Below, piece by piece: positions 15,201-26,278 of a stretch of 64,000 nucleotides of DNA. The position numbers were made by a program, and so were the translations under genes. The stretch's first letter is position 1. Every line of letters begins with the position of its first letter. The stretch comes from Perna viridis (taxonomy: Eukaryota): NCBI GenBank assembly GCA_037379345.1, contig CM074514.1, positions 8,618,001 to 8,682,000 on the forward strand. The letters are read 5' to 3'. The notes under the pieces are model-generated. The model saw only the letters and a list, made by a program, of their open reading frames with translations, did no database searches and was not told the origin of the DNA.

Positions 15201-18200
15201 CAAGAACCAAGATTCTAGCAGCAATTTTCCTTTTGCGTTACTATGTACGAAAATATTATTATTAATCTTGTCACTCTTGTATTGATCTTATGAATACTGA
15301 TTTTAAATAGTCAATTCTTATCATATAATGTATACAAACTTACCTATTATATATTCCAATTGCATCTGTCCATAAACAATGCCATAAGTAAAATACGTCA
15401 CAAAATGTTCAGGATCCAGAGGTGGAGGGGTACCAGAAGCGACAAATTTTGCATGAAATTCTATTTCTGCTTTATTTAAATCCCCTTTGTTTGTAAATCT
15501 GATCGGCTGAGGACCGGTCTCACTTGGATCTGTCGGTGTCGTCACAGTTTCATGAGAGGGATTATGTAATTTTATCTCAGCATAAAGGATTGATGTTTCT
15601 TCTGTAACTGTTTTGTAATATAATAACAACTTTAATTGTATGTTTAGATCAGTGGTGGATAATCAAATAATTTCAGGTAGGTTTGATTATCAAGAAAATC
15701 ATTAGTTGTGTTAGCATTAGAGATTGATCAATGCATTGGAACTCATATCTATGTAAGATTTAAATAAACGGCTACGAAAACGTTTTACTCTCGTCATTTC
15801 TTTGGTATTACTCAGATGTTTTTTCATGCTTATTTTTATCCGTTAAAGTAATTTCATACGCGATAAGTAGTGTTTATATAAATATATATTGTCAAGCAAT
15901 ATAATTTCCCCATAGAAAGCAATGCAAAGTCAGCGTGAAATAATTTTCCAATAGCACGAATGCAAATATTAATTAATTAAATTTATTAATTGATGACGTC
16001 ATCCGTGACAAAATTTCATTTTAAACATGACTGAATTATATTTCCATACAATAAAAGGGTTGTTACATAAGAACTGTGGAATATTATCCCTCGAAGATCG
16101 TATATTACATTCGTAAACTCGTGCAATATAAAATCCCATTCGGTTAACCAATTGATTAAGTACGCCCAGAAGGGATTATTGTTCAATCATAAACAAAATT
16201 GGGGAATATTATCCCACGTGGAATGTATATTGCAATCGTAAACTCGTGCAATATAAAATTCTACTCGGGATAATATTCCACAGTATTCATGCAATAACCC
16301 TATTTTCTTTGTATATTTGTGTTATTATATAGATGCATGGAAGTTTGTTTGTTTAAGGGTTTGGACGGAGATCGTTCTCACTGTTTTCGACCCTTACATC
16401 GAAGTCAGTCCCAAGATGATGACAAGTATCCAGCTTTGTTATAATTTAAAGTATACTAATTCTCAGCTTTCAATACTATTCATATATTCTGTGTATATTA
16501 TTCCTTCGGCTACAACAATTTCATATTCGGTATAGCAAAATTTTCCTGGTTAAAGGAATTTGGACGTTCTTGTAAATAATCGTGACCAACACAAGTGACC
16601 AATAAAATTTTCCTCAAAATACTACAAGGAGGACTCAGTTGCTGAGTGGGTGGTAGGGTTTCAACTTTTATTGCATTTAATTATTTTTACTCTGTAGAGT
16701 TAACAAAAGTAATCAATTACATAGTATTATATTATATTGGAACAAATACAAGCAAATTGTCTTTCCAACAAACAAATCGCTGTGAAGTGAGGCTAATAAA
16801 ATGCAAGAAATAACCATATAATAAACACTCATCTCAACCCGAGGGCGTAATAATATTAACTTGATATAGATGGTTCTGTTAACCATACAAGATAGAGAAC
16901 GGAGTGATTAAGCAACGCTCCTTTCAGATTGGACTTCATCAACTGACTTTTTAAAGTCCACATAGAGTAAAATAGAATTTTGTTACCCTAAAATATGGCG
17001 ATAAGGATAAGAAAATACGAAATTGTGTTATCTCCTCCTCTTTACCGTTTATTGAATGGCTTTTATGTCAATAGCATATAAATATAAACAAAATATGATA
17101 ATAATAAAAATGGTGTGAGACAACGATTCATATAAGCATAATCAAGGAAACCAAGGTTATAGCGGTAATCAAAAGAATGTAATCCAGGGACAAAGACAGG
17201 ACATGGAAAACAGACATACACAACAAAGAACATAAAGTAACTAAAATCATACATATAAAGTTACAAAAGCAAATGAGCAACTCGAACTCCACTAAAAACT
17301 GGGAGCATGGACCAGGTGCACCGGTAGGGTAAGCGTCCTCTGCTCTTCTAGAAACATCCGCCGAGTTGCTCATAAAATGTCAAGTCCGGGGTAGACAAAC
17401 GAGGAAAGGAAAACTATGACCCGTTGAATAAATCAGTTTTCATGGTGCAGATGGATACACCATAACGATCCACGAGTTCATGATGACGACCATAAAACTT
17501 CTGTAGTGATGACTTCAATCTTGTAGCAACTGAACCCTATTCCAGACGCCTATTTGTTAGAGTTCTAGCGCGAACATACTTCTATCACATTGATTGCCTC
17601 CAAAGCCAGAGGTACAAGAGCAAGACTCTACTATTTCATTTGTACAGTTTCCTGGGTAACATCGGGTGCTATCTGATCGCCATGAACACGCCTCTGAAAG
17701 TAGATTGAACAGCGATATGTCAATACATTATGTTTTATTTACAGCAATAACATTTCGAAAAGCTAGTGTTATCATATCCCTTCTTTTAAAATTGAAAAGG
17801 CATCATACGCAGCTGATAGACCTAGATGTATATTTGTACCGACATATTGGGCAATTGAAAAGTGTCTGATTTTACAATGTTCTGTTCATTTTATGGTGAG
17901 ATTTATATAGGTTCAACTGTATTCTTATTAACCAAATTGATCATGTGCATAAATTTATAGGTAAGTTTGTTTCGATTTGGATGCAGGTTCNNNNNNNNNN
18001 NNNNNNNNNNNNNNNNNNNNNNNNNNNNNNNNNNNNNNNNNNNNNNNNNNNNNNNNNNNNNNNNNNNNNNNNNNNNNNNNNNNNNNNNNNNNNNNNNNNN
18101 NNNNNNNNNNNNNNNNNNNNNNNTGCATACTTTTTTTCTTTATATTTTTAGTCAATTTTTTACTTACTTCTACATTTTTTCATAGCTCCATCATAATGGC

Positions 18201-21200
18201 GTGTATATCCTCTAAAGTATATCTTGTCCAATATCTCGTTCTGACACCATTCGCAATAGTTATCACTTATTGAGTTACACCTTCGATGGTTACAATTATC
18301 AATACTCGGACAAACTAAAGAATAGTAGAAAAAAAAGAAATTAGAAAATAAATAAATATAGTGAATCAAGTAGGATATTTAAGTTGTTTCATTGATAGAG
18401 CTTTTTAAACATTTCCAGTGGTATACAGGGATATATGAAACAAAATATTAAGTGCCCTGACGTATAACAACAAAATGATTGTATAAATATTTGCATGGTA
18501 TTTACAATCGAGTAAGCATAAAAATGTAATTATGGCATCGACACCACTGATGTTCGCTGTGAACATTACCTGTGTACTTAAGGTTTAAAGTTCTGTAGTA
18601 AAATTTATTTGTAAAAAACTTTATTTAACAAAATGTACAAGGAAGTAACTAATTTTCTTTTCACATCATGGGATGGTGCATGTCTTTATGAATATATCGT
18701 CATTTTTGGCGACAATGTTTGGTTTTTATGCTTTATGGTAATCTTAAAACCCCATTCAATATTTACTCAAACATTGGCCTCCAGATTGGTAAAAGCCATC
18801 CTGACAGTTAGTACAATATCCAGGAGATGAACAAGTTCCCCCTCCACTATTACGTGAACTACCTGTACGGTATCTTATTATATCGGACGAATAAGGTTCG
18901 TTGCAAGCATTGTTAAGACGTGTACGTCCATTGCACACAGCTGAAACACAACATTGAAAGTCAAAGATAAATATTTGTTTTAATTTCTATTGTAAATAAC
19001 AAAACTAATGTATTTAAATGAAATACGGTGAAAAAAAAAACGTGAAGGCCTTCAATATTATAGTATTGTTATGAAGTAATTTTCATATTGATATTGGTTT
19101 ATTTATAGGTCCAAGGCTTGTCATATATCCATGAGGCAACGCCAAAGGCCAATATGACGAGCTCAGGACACATAAACCACCCAATATGATAAGTACTAAG
19201 TAATGTATTAACTACAGGATTAAACTATTCTTTTATATAGAGTAAGCTGCCCAAAATCATTTTATGAAAAACAATGGTTCACTATAGGGTTATCTCGACG
19301 TGACTAACACTATATATTTTCTCTTCTTATGCTTGTCTTTAGAGTAAAGGTCCAATGTTGCCAAGACTTTAATAACCAAATATAGACCTCAACTAGGGAA
19401 CAACTTCAACAGTATCCCAAAACACTAACAGCATGGTTGTAAGTTACACATGGCGCTATTGATTGATGACGTCAACAGTATTGATCTGCGTTAGGAAAAT
19501 ATTGATTTTATTATTAAAAAAAAACAATTTATTGCTTTCTTATTTTTCTTTCCTGATGTTCTTCACATTAAAACATACGAATTGTTTATAAATGATGGTG
19601 ATTGGGTAAAAACAACTTTGGCTTGGTTTACTCTTCAACATAAACCGCTTCAGGGTAAGGTTTATGACTTAACGCACTAATTAATATAGGGCAGATTAAT
19701 AACAATAATTAAGTATGCAGTATGGGCATTTGGGTAATTTCAATCATAGAAAGAAAAATATATATAACAGTCCTTCCTTATGTTTAATCTTATATCAAAC
19801 TTTAACGAGTCGATCAAAAAAAAAGGCTAAAAATACATACAAAAACTATTCTATTAGATGATATACAATATACTTTTATCTTTCCCAGAAGCCATTTGAT
19901 GTCCTATAATCAATAAGATCTTAAACCCACAAAAAAGTCATGCTGATTTATACATTATGAATGATATTGGAACTTAGACACTGAGAAAAACACTGCAAAT
20001 TTTGATGTTTCTTTTATGCTTTGACGTTTAAGGTGATACTTATACAAAATCATATTAGCAAACAATCGAGTATACCCTTTGAATCAAAATTGTCGTTTTC
20101 TCTACAGGCGTTTAACTCCATTACAATTATTAATGCGGAGATGAGACTATTATAGAAAACAACAAATATTCAAATGCAGTGACGTTTGGTATTGATTGGA
20201 TAGACAGTTGTATTCTCTGAAAACTGTTCGAAGTATGTCTAACTTGTTCTTATTCTATTGTTTGGTACAGAGGTGTTTTAAAGAATCAAGAAAAGACACA
20301 ATAATACAAACCTTGCTAAAATATTTTAAAGATATAAGACCATTCATACATATCTGAGCCGAAACAGTTCATAAATTTGGAAAAATTGCCTTCCGCAACT
20401 ACCGACCTTAACAGCAAGCATTTTTCTTTATGCTTATCATTTATATATTTTATTGGCTTTCGACTGATGTATGTTTTAGATATGTGTCAGTAAGGTTGAT
20501 TGAAATGAAAGTGTTGCAGAATTTCACGCTCATCTAATTAATCACATCGATTTTGTTTTAATGAAGGCAATTTTCTCTTCATTTTCATCATTTAACCTAG
20601 TGATGTGGGTCTGTATGCTTGTTTTATTTCATATATATGCTGGTTTGTATATATGCGTGTAGTTTACAGTCAATCTCCAAAATTAATTTCACAGAAACTT
20701 ATCATTAAAAAGGATATATCTAAGTAACGGTTTAAGTTACATGGTCATTTCATAAATATGAATTAACGACAATAAATGTCATTCGACGACAAACATTATT
20801 GCTCTGTAAAACTCTTTCACTACAGTACTTTTGAAATGTATACACATATGCACAAAGCATATTTACAGACTATTATTAACATTTTTTTATTCCAATTACT
20901 AAATCTGTTGTTTCATGTATAAATGCAATTGCTGCGTAATAAACTCGAACCGTGATTTGTTTTCTGTAACTTCAATACGTACGATAACAGTTAGGCAAAG
21001 GTGAATATCCAGAACAGCAAATGTCTATCTTACGTGATCTACAAAGCAAAAAGAAGTTATTTACTTGGCCCATAGTACCTCTTTTGACTGGGAGTATTAA
21101 CCAATGTTCCCCACCAACAACCTTCATTTCCTATTCCTTATACCTATTTATTTTTACCATTTCCACGTACGTATTAATAGTGGCTAACACATGCACATGT

Positions 21201-24170
21201 AACGAAATCTAATCAGTTCACTTAGACATTTTATTTTCTACATAAAATAAATCTTTTTGAAAATGTTTCGTCTGTTAATTACGATTTTCCTGATATTTCT
21301 ATTAACAAGTATGCCATGAGTCATATTTGTATAACCCCATGCGTCAACAGAATAGGCCTGCAGCGGTTAGCTTGTCGTAAAAGGCGACTAAATAGTGCTC
21401 AGAAACCGGGGGTTAGGTGCTCTGCCCACAGAGCAACTGGGATGTGTGCCCCAGGTGGTGGAATGGGGTACCCCTGGTGTGTCACATGCTGGGTTTGTCA
21501 GGCTATTATACTGAAAACCTGACCGCAAACCATAGTGGTGCACCGTGTTGGGAAAGATGCCACGTTCCTTGCATGTTAAAGAACCCTGCTGTGGTATTCG
21601 ATAGGAGTAGGAACCTTTGCGCTCCGCCACAGGAGGCTAAATTGCCCGACCCTACCTATCCCTCCCTTTTTCTAGTGGCAATCTAAATTTGTCGACCCAG
21701 TTGCCCTTGTGTCCCATCCTTTTTTTATTTTATCATCATTTCATGTTCTTTTTATCATCCCTTTCATGTTCATCGTTTGAATATAGCTGAAATATTGCTG
21801 CTCGGACGTTAAACCCCAACAATCAATCAATCATATTTGTATAACGCAATCGAAAGTCGTCGCCTTTTTTCTGAATGAACAGTCAAAATAAAGTTTCAAA
21901 AGCTGCCATTTTTGTGCGACCTTAAATGGCGAATCTTAAAATGAAATTATAAAACGGAAATGAATGTTAAAATGAGATGTATGACCTCCCGAATCGATTG
22001 CAACTATTCCAAAATCTGTGCGACATTTAATACCAAATATTAAAATGGATGTTGAAAGAAGAAATGAATATAGAAATGAGCCCTTGTTCCGTCCCAAATT
22101 CCCCTTCACATTCTTTTTTTCAAAGATGCTTCAGGATTTGTTAAAACTTTAAAAAATATTTAATTTGTGAAAAAGCCATTGAGATGTTCCCTTAAGTAAT
22201 TTCCATTTTTTTATTTCGAATGCTGAAAAAGGTGAAAGGAAATTGAGTTCCGTTCACTTTGTTGACTGTAAGGTAGTGATTAAGTACTAATCTCTGTAGG
22301 AATCAGCTAGTAAACAAATCATGGTGAAAAAAACACACACAAGTCTTTCCATAAAATCGTGTTCGAAAATGTTAACTGAAAAGCAAAAATGGCATCAATT
22401 TCCTTTTTTAATAGTCAGCAATTTCAGGTATAAATTATATAAAATGAATTCCAATTTCGTTATCAAAGTGATACATCTAACATTCCCCTATTATATATTG
22501 TAACTTTGAACTCGCTTGTCTGCATAATCTGACACTTATCAAACGAATGAACTGTCAATTCGATTTCAATAGACCATCATCTATGTGACCACTTTGACAA
22601 ATTCAATTTTTTTTCTGAGCAAGATTTAATTTCTTTTCAATTTTGCTTGACTCTTACAGATTCAAGTAACGAAAGACTTTTTTTCATAATATAGGTTGTA
22701 TAACCTTGTTATATAAGCTTAATTGTAGTTATTTAGTTCGGTCAAAAAAAAATCGGGTTTCAACGGAGTTTTTTCCTAAGATAGTTTTTATGAATATATA
22801 TTAAGTAAATGCATTTCAGTGTTTATTCCTTTGATTTTCACTTTGGGGTAGCCAAATTAATTATGAGTTGTGACATAAATTTCGTTTAAAACATTGCTCA
22901 TATTTTGCCGTACATCACATTTTTTTCCTACCTGTGATAAGTGCAACGACTCCATCCTAAAAAGCCACAGCTGGTATAATGTGTTGTTTGTATGTAATAA
23001 TCACATCTACTGCAATAAATAGGATATAACACGTTTAACCTTATATATACGTTCGTTTAATTTTTTAATCATTTTATTTATTTATTTATTCAAAAAGATG
23101 AAAAATCACGAGAACAGACGAAATTTGAAAGAAGATAAAGCTAATTTTTCTTTGCGTTTGTTTTATTTACTTGTGTTTATGCATAGTTTTGTAATTTACG
23201 ACTATTGATTGTATATTTATTTATGGGTAAAATTATGCCCACACGTAAAGGAGTAACGAAATTGAAAAACTTGAAAGACAAATGCAATTATTAATTTTTT
23301 TTTGGGGGGGTGTATAATTCGCGCAAGCAAAGTGAGATAAAAACGTCTTTACGAGATAAGTTGAAAGTAGGTTGTTTTGCAAGTAAGTGATTTTGAAAGA
23401 GTAATCAAGGGAACCAAAATTCTAGGGGAAATCAATAGAATTAAATCCAGGGACAAAGACCAGACATAGAAAACAGACAAAGACAACAAAAAACACAAAA
23501 TAACTAAAATAATACGTACAACGTAACAAAACTGGGAGAAGAAACATCTTGGTTTATATTGTTGATTTTCGCCATTAACTATCCTTATTTATTCATACAT
23601 TATAACTATGTAAAATGAGGTTTCTATGTGAGTACATTTTGATGTCTTTTATCTCTGTTCTTTGAAGAAACACCCGAAGCCCATATATGGATAAGGGATC
23701 GTGAAGAGAGAAAACAAATTACGATATTCAAGAAACTCAATTGCTACCAAAAAGGTGAACAGTTCTTGCTTCCTACAAAACAACCGCCGTGTTATTCGTT
23801 AAAGTTCGTGTTGGTTGAAATACAGGAATTACGTTAAAGAATGACAGATGGATATTGAATGTCATACCGGAATATCCATATTAAACCAGGTCTTGGAGAC
23901 CATCTAACGGATACAACTTGTTAGTCGATATTTTTATAAGCATGGCCGCCTTATTCAATAAATACATTGTTAAACCGAAAGAAATTATTTTTTCTTCAAT
24001 TTCTCCTGTTCATTTTACACTGACAAGGTTTCTTTTGGGGGCTTCCTGAGCACAAGTGTGACAAATAAGAGTGCTTTACAAAACTGAATTATAATAACTT
24101 ACTTTGACGTTACTGGCTCAAATAATACAAGAATAATCAATAGTGCAATCATTCTTATTATATAAGGCAT
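129..24170 (-). CDS. Copy A (5' part; continues past left edge) of giant secreted EMI/EGF-like + FN3/Ig-like repeat protein gene; 29 coding exons visible
   Basis: Exons joined manually by GT/AG sites with consistent phases: 24103-24170, 22932-23009, 20983-21038, 18767-18940, 18168-18314, 15344-15607, 14844-14976, 14530-14749, 13897-14046, 13194-13542, 12343-12637, 11958-12084, 11326-11550, 10700-10900, 10018-10289, 9727-9850, 9105-9323, 8670-8826, 7920-8200, 6652-6852, 5291-5420, 4743-4777, 4386-4527, 3853-4067, 3271-3438, 2836-3019, 1795-2037, 896-1116, 129-234; no in-frame stops seen. Confidence 0.88.
896..1116 (-). CDS. Copy A exon (HRYINV...CSDGVVVDLTAP...); B equivalent 61079-61299
   Basis: AAG/GTAAAT; duplicated. 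Confidence 0.85.
1795..2037 (-). CDS. Copy A exon (...PDVDYIPTRNVLSAVWP...); B equivalent 61979-62221
   Basis: AAG/GTAAAT; acceptor position uncertain by up to 6 nt. Confidence 0.82.
2836..3019 (-). CDS. Copy A exon (VKFDIILED...VIDAIGRT); B equivalent 62660-62843
   Basis: TAG/GTAGGT; duplicated. Confidence 0.85.
3271..3438 (-). CDS. Copy A exon (MTVLTKQMYDPD...); B equivalent 63094-63261
   Basis: TAG/GTGAGT; duplicated. Confidence 0.85.
3853..4067 (-). CDS. Copy A exon (YWSTF...LRSDGVTVV...); B equivalent 63675-63889
   Basis: CAG/GTAAAA; duplicated. Confidence 0.85.
4386..4527 (-). CDS. Copy A exon (DILKDCLQDIDYQTS...)
   Basis: TAG/GTTAGG. Confidence 0.85.
4743..4777 (-). CDS. Copy A 35-nt mini-exon (YETSLNESHHTN)
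   Basis: Pyrimidine tract + TAG acceptor, GTAAGT donor; needed to bridge phase 1 to phase 0. Confidence 0.6.
5291..5420 (-). CDS. Copy A exon (KYYFTVKA...SDGVMVV...DGPVCT)
   Basis: CAG/GTACGT. Confidence 0.85.
6652..6852 (-). CDS. Copy A exon (DVIDVDFSEE...WTGFRHPH...)
   Basis: CAG/GTATCT; repeat motif. Confidence 0.85.
7560..7900 (-). mobile_element. Penelope-like (Naiad-type) RT C-terminal fragment
   Basis: Translates to KCDNFSYSIVNFPFICGNIP...LQKFY, the PLE RT C-terminal region. Confidence 0.75.
7920..8200 (-). CDS. Copy A exon (QTKDRTE...YYVTIKVTNLAGLS...)
   Basis: AAG/GTATGT. Confidence 0.85.
8670..8826 (-). CDS. Copy A exon (STGPIIIDVTPP...FQDTED...FAI)
   Basis: TAG/GTAAAT; repeat motif. 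Confidence 0.85.
9105..9323 (-). CDS. Copy A exon (MVITWDS...SGYQ)
   Basis: TAG/GTACA; ORF track. Confidence 0.85.
9727..9850 (-). CDS. Copy A exon (ASPLIVDDIK...QTSQ)
   Basis: TAG/GTATGT; open, bridges phase 2-0. Confidence 0.75.
10018..10289 (-). CDS. Copy A exon (IKETT...VCSNGVTI...)
   Basis: TAG/GTAAAT. Confidence 0.85.
10700..10900 (-). CDS. Copy A exon, canonical repeat (ITIDTSPPQPGSVHDG...WDGFFDPESGV)
   Basis: CAG/GTATAT; repeat consensus. Confidence 0.9.
11326..11550 (-). CDS. Copy A exon (NITLCED...DCYC...TRK)
   Basis: AAG/GTAAAT, phase 0-0. Confidence 0.85.
11958..12084 (-). CDS. Copy A exon (FEWNAFDYHSGL...)
   Basis: CAG/GTATGT. Confidence 0.85.
12343..12637 (-). CDS. Copy A exon (VVKFDVNY...DFTEM)
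   Basis: TAG/GTGAG; ORF track. Confidence 0.85.
12792..12981 (+). mobile_element. PLE 3' UTR fragment
   Basis: Near-identical to ~26088-26278. Confidence 0.82.
13194..13542 (-). CDS. Copy A exon (GEFNVTQPGMYSIILTAFDKAGN...)
   Basis: ORF track; AxDxAGN Ig-like strand; splice sites. Confidence 0.85.
13897..14046 (-). CDS. Copy A exon (KLIMFTWKSWSDDLAGVDFYEY...)
   Basis: CAG/GTATGG; repeat motif W..W.D...G...Y. Confidence 0.8.
14530..14749 (-). CDS. Copy A exon (LIFTIQVRNGGY...DVTDQ)
   Basis: AAG/GTGATT, phase 2-0. Confidence 0.8.
14844..14976 (-). CDS. Copy A exon (SSSSFSTFSCPAT...GHRD)
   Basis: CAG/GTAAGT, phase 1-2. Confidence 0.75.
15344..15607 (-). CDS. Copy A exon (TEETSILYAE...QLEYII)
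   Basis: CAG/GTAAGT boundaries; ORF track. Confidence 0.8.
16056..16301. repeat. MITE-like inverted repeat with internal duplication
   Basis: agggttgttacataagaactgtggaatattatccc / gggataatattccacagtattcatgcaataaccct; internal tcgtaaactcgtgcaatataaaat occurs twice. Confidence 0.7.
17135..17575 (-). mobile_element. Penelope-like (Naiad-type) 3' fragment: ORF end plus 3' UTR
   Basis: RLKSSLQKFYGRHHELVDRYGVSICTMKTDLFNGS* followed by the shared 3' UTR. Confidence 0.82.
17991..18123. other. Assembly gap (133 N)
   Basis: N run. Confidence 1.
18168..18314 (-). CDS. Copy A Cys-rich exon (CPSIDNCNHRRC...YCEWC...KKCR)
   Basis: TAG/GTAAGT boundaries, phase 1-1. Confidence 0.85.
18767..18940 (-). CDS. 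Copy A Cys-rich EGF-like exon (VCNG...GGGTCSSPGYCTNCQDGFYQSGGQCL)
   Basis: ORF track plus CAG/GTAAAT boundaries. Confidence 0.85.
19090..19190. repeat. Imperfect palindrome (MITE-like hairpin)
   Basis: atattggttt...cttgtcatat / atatgacgag...aaaccacccaatat. Confidence 0.55.
20983..21038 (-). CDS. Copy A exon, EMI-like second half (SRKIDICCSGYSPLPNCY)
   Basis: TAG/GTACG boundaries; CCxGY motif; bridges phase 2 to phase 1. Confidence 0.8.
21336..21830 (+). mobile_element. SINE-like retroelement with (CAAT)n tail and 15-bp TSD
   Basis: TSD TCATATTTGTATAAC at 21321-21335 and 21831-21845; tail atatagctgaaatattgctg...aatcaatcaa; second copy at 33308-33697. Confidence 0.9.
22932..23009 (-). CDS. 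Copy A exon, EMI-like first half (NRCDYYIQTTHYTSCGFLGWSRCTYH)
   Basis: CAG/GTAGG boundaries, phase 2-2. Confidence 0.8.
23397..23540 (-). mobile_element. PLE 3'-terminal fragment
   Basis: aaagagtaatcaagggaacc...ccagggacaaagacc homology. Confidence 0.7.
24103..24170 (-). CDS. Copy A first coding exon: signal peptide MPYIIRMIALLIILVLFEPVTS
   Basis: ATG 7 nt after a TAG acceptor, hydrophobic core, GTAAGT donor; phase 2 matches next exon. Confidence 0.8.
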
Positions 24171-25971
24171 TTTTGTCCTACAAAAATAAAAACATTTTTA
24201 AGCCAGGAGAGACAATACATGTGGGTCAAAACTTTATATCACAATATACAGACAAGTATTTTTAACAGTAGGTGGACCATGATTTACTTTTGTGTTAACT
24301 GTAATATACATGAATGAGAAATAAGCTCGTAAAAGCATTGGTGTTTAGATGTCTAAAGGCAAATTTGTTTGTAATAAATGTAGCAACGAATTCTGTTCCC
24401 TAATGATATCTGCCAAAGCTTGAAACACTGTTTTCATATCAAACGCAAATAAAGATTTAACTGTCTCCTGATTCTAACTTTTGAATGTAAAAAGGCTCTG
24501 TATAATTATCTAATCAAATGATTTAGAATAGCCCTGTCTGTTTTCTCTTACCGGAAAAAAATATCTTAAATACATGTATATGTACAATGTACACATAGCA
24601 TACATGTCCCTTTATAAATTCGATATTCTATATGCATTTTAACGCATTTTTGTGTGTACAAAATCCTGTCTCTTAAGATTTTTGTATATAATGTAAAATT
24701 ACATTTTTTTCGTATTTAGTATACACTTTTTTTAACACACACCAAAAAATAAAACTTTTATAAACCCTGACCCATTATTATATAAAAGCTGTCTTTGCCG
24801 CACCTTTTACGAGGTGCATGGATGAACATCTAAATTCTCAACGGTCATGTGTACATGTCTTCATGTAGTTTTAGGATTTGTTATGAAAGGTATAATCTGA
24901 TATTGGTTCCAAGCTCCTGTCGTGGTATATGTAGTCAGAAGTTCAGCTTTTTGTCTTTTTTTTTTTAATATTCATGCAGATTTTAGCGTCTTATTTTGTG
25001 TTAACAAAGTTTTATTTTATATCATTCAGCTGCCTCAAATGATACATTTCATTGATTTCTTTCCAAAGTTTTGTTATCCGCCTCCTGAAAATCTTGAAAA
25101 ATAAAGGCAGGGTTGTGAACTTGGAGGGGTTGGAACAATGCATTTTACGTTGTAATGTTATATATGCATGGCTTGGCTGCGAATTATTTGAGGTTTCATG
25201 GTAAGAATATCTACGTGACATTTAAACAAAAATCGTTTTGTCAACCTGATTTTAAGATATGACAAGTTTTTTGCATTGGACTGGAAATATTATCATTTGC
25301 ATAGGTAAGCGTTAATCTTCAGAAACTCAAGAAAGAAGACACCCCAGGCACCCCAACCCCGCTGTAAATATTATACGAAAGAGGAAGATTTGACGTAGCG
25401 ACATATCCATTTGCTATAGAACTATACTAGAATTCGTGACAGATTATTTTCATACATTTTAACATCAGATTGCTATACGTCTTTAAAAAAAATACTATAA
25501 TATTGATCCATGATTTCCTCTTTTCTCGCCATCTTTGTGACTAATGAATACCGATAATTCCGAAAGCGGCAGGTTCTTAGCTCCCGCCGTGAATCAGACA
25601 AGACCGTAGGAGATAACGAAATGTATGATAAAATAATGAACACCCATATAGATACATTTATTTCAATCTTTCAGGACTACTTACTTACCCAGTTTTAAAA
25701 ATGTATCAAATCTATCAGAGTGAACCCTTACATTATTTCAACTTGATAATGTTTGGAGTTTGTTATTCTCCTGGTATATGTAACACAAGAAATGCAGATA
25801 GATACTCTATAATATGACAGATCTTTTCATTCTTCGTTGCCGAGAAAAATTTATAGGAAATATAATTGAATGATCCTATATTGTTGAAACTCATTGCCGA
25901 CAATACCAGTACTTCACCAAGTATAACAGTGCTGATTGGTGAAGTTACAATGATAGTGGCAATTATCATAT

Positions 25972-26278
25972 AAACTGATTTATTCAACGGGTCATAGTTT
26001 TCCTTTCCTCGTTTGTCTACCACGGACTTGACTTTTTATGAGCAACTCGGCGGGTGTTTCTAGAAAAGCAGAGGACAATTACCCTACCGGTGCACCTAGT
26101 CCATGCTCCCAGTTTTTAGTGGAGTCCGAGTTGCTCATTTGCTTTTGTTACTTTGTATGTATGATTTTAGTTACTTTATGTTCTTTGTTGTGTATGTTTG
26201 TTTTCCATGTCGGGTCTTTGTCCCTGGATTACATTCTTTTGATTATCGCTATAACCTTGGTTCCCTTGGTTACTCTTT
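25972..26278 (+). mobile_element. PLE 3' fragment
   Basis: Homologous to the 17135-17440 copy; followed tail-to-tail by a diverged minus-strand fragment at ~26330-26480. Confidence 0.82.

Noticed and set aside
21065-21130. Possible exon GNEGCWWG...
   Set aside because: Phase incompatible with neighbours; 20983-21038 completes the domain
21316-21686. Several short ORFs (also 33431-33697)
   Set aside because: Lie within the SINE-like element
26038-26138. SECIS element (some Naiads encode selenoproteins)
   Set aside because: ATGA pairs Watson-Crick with TCAT; no GA/GA quartet geometry
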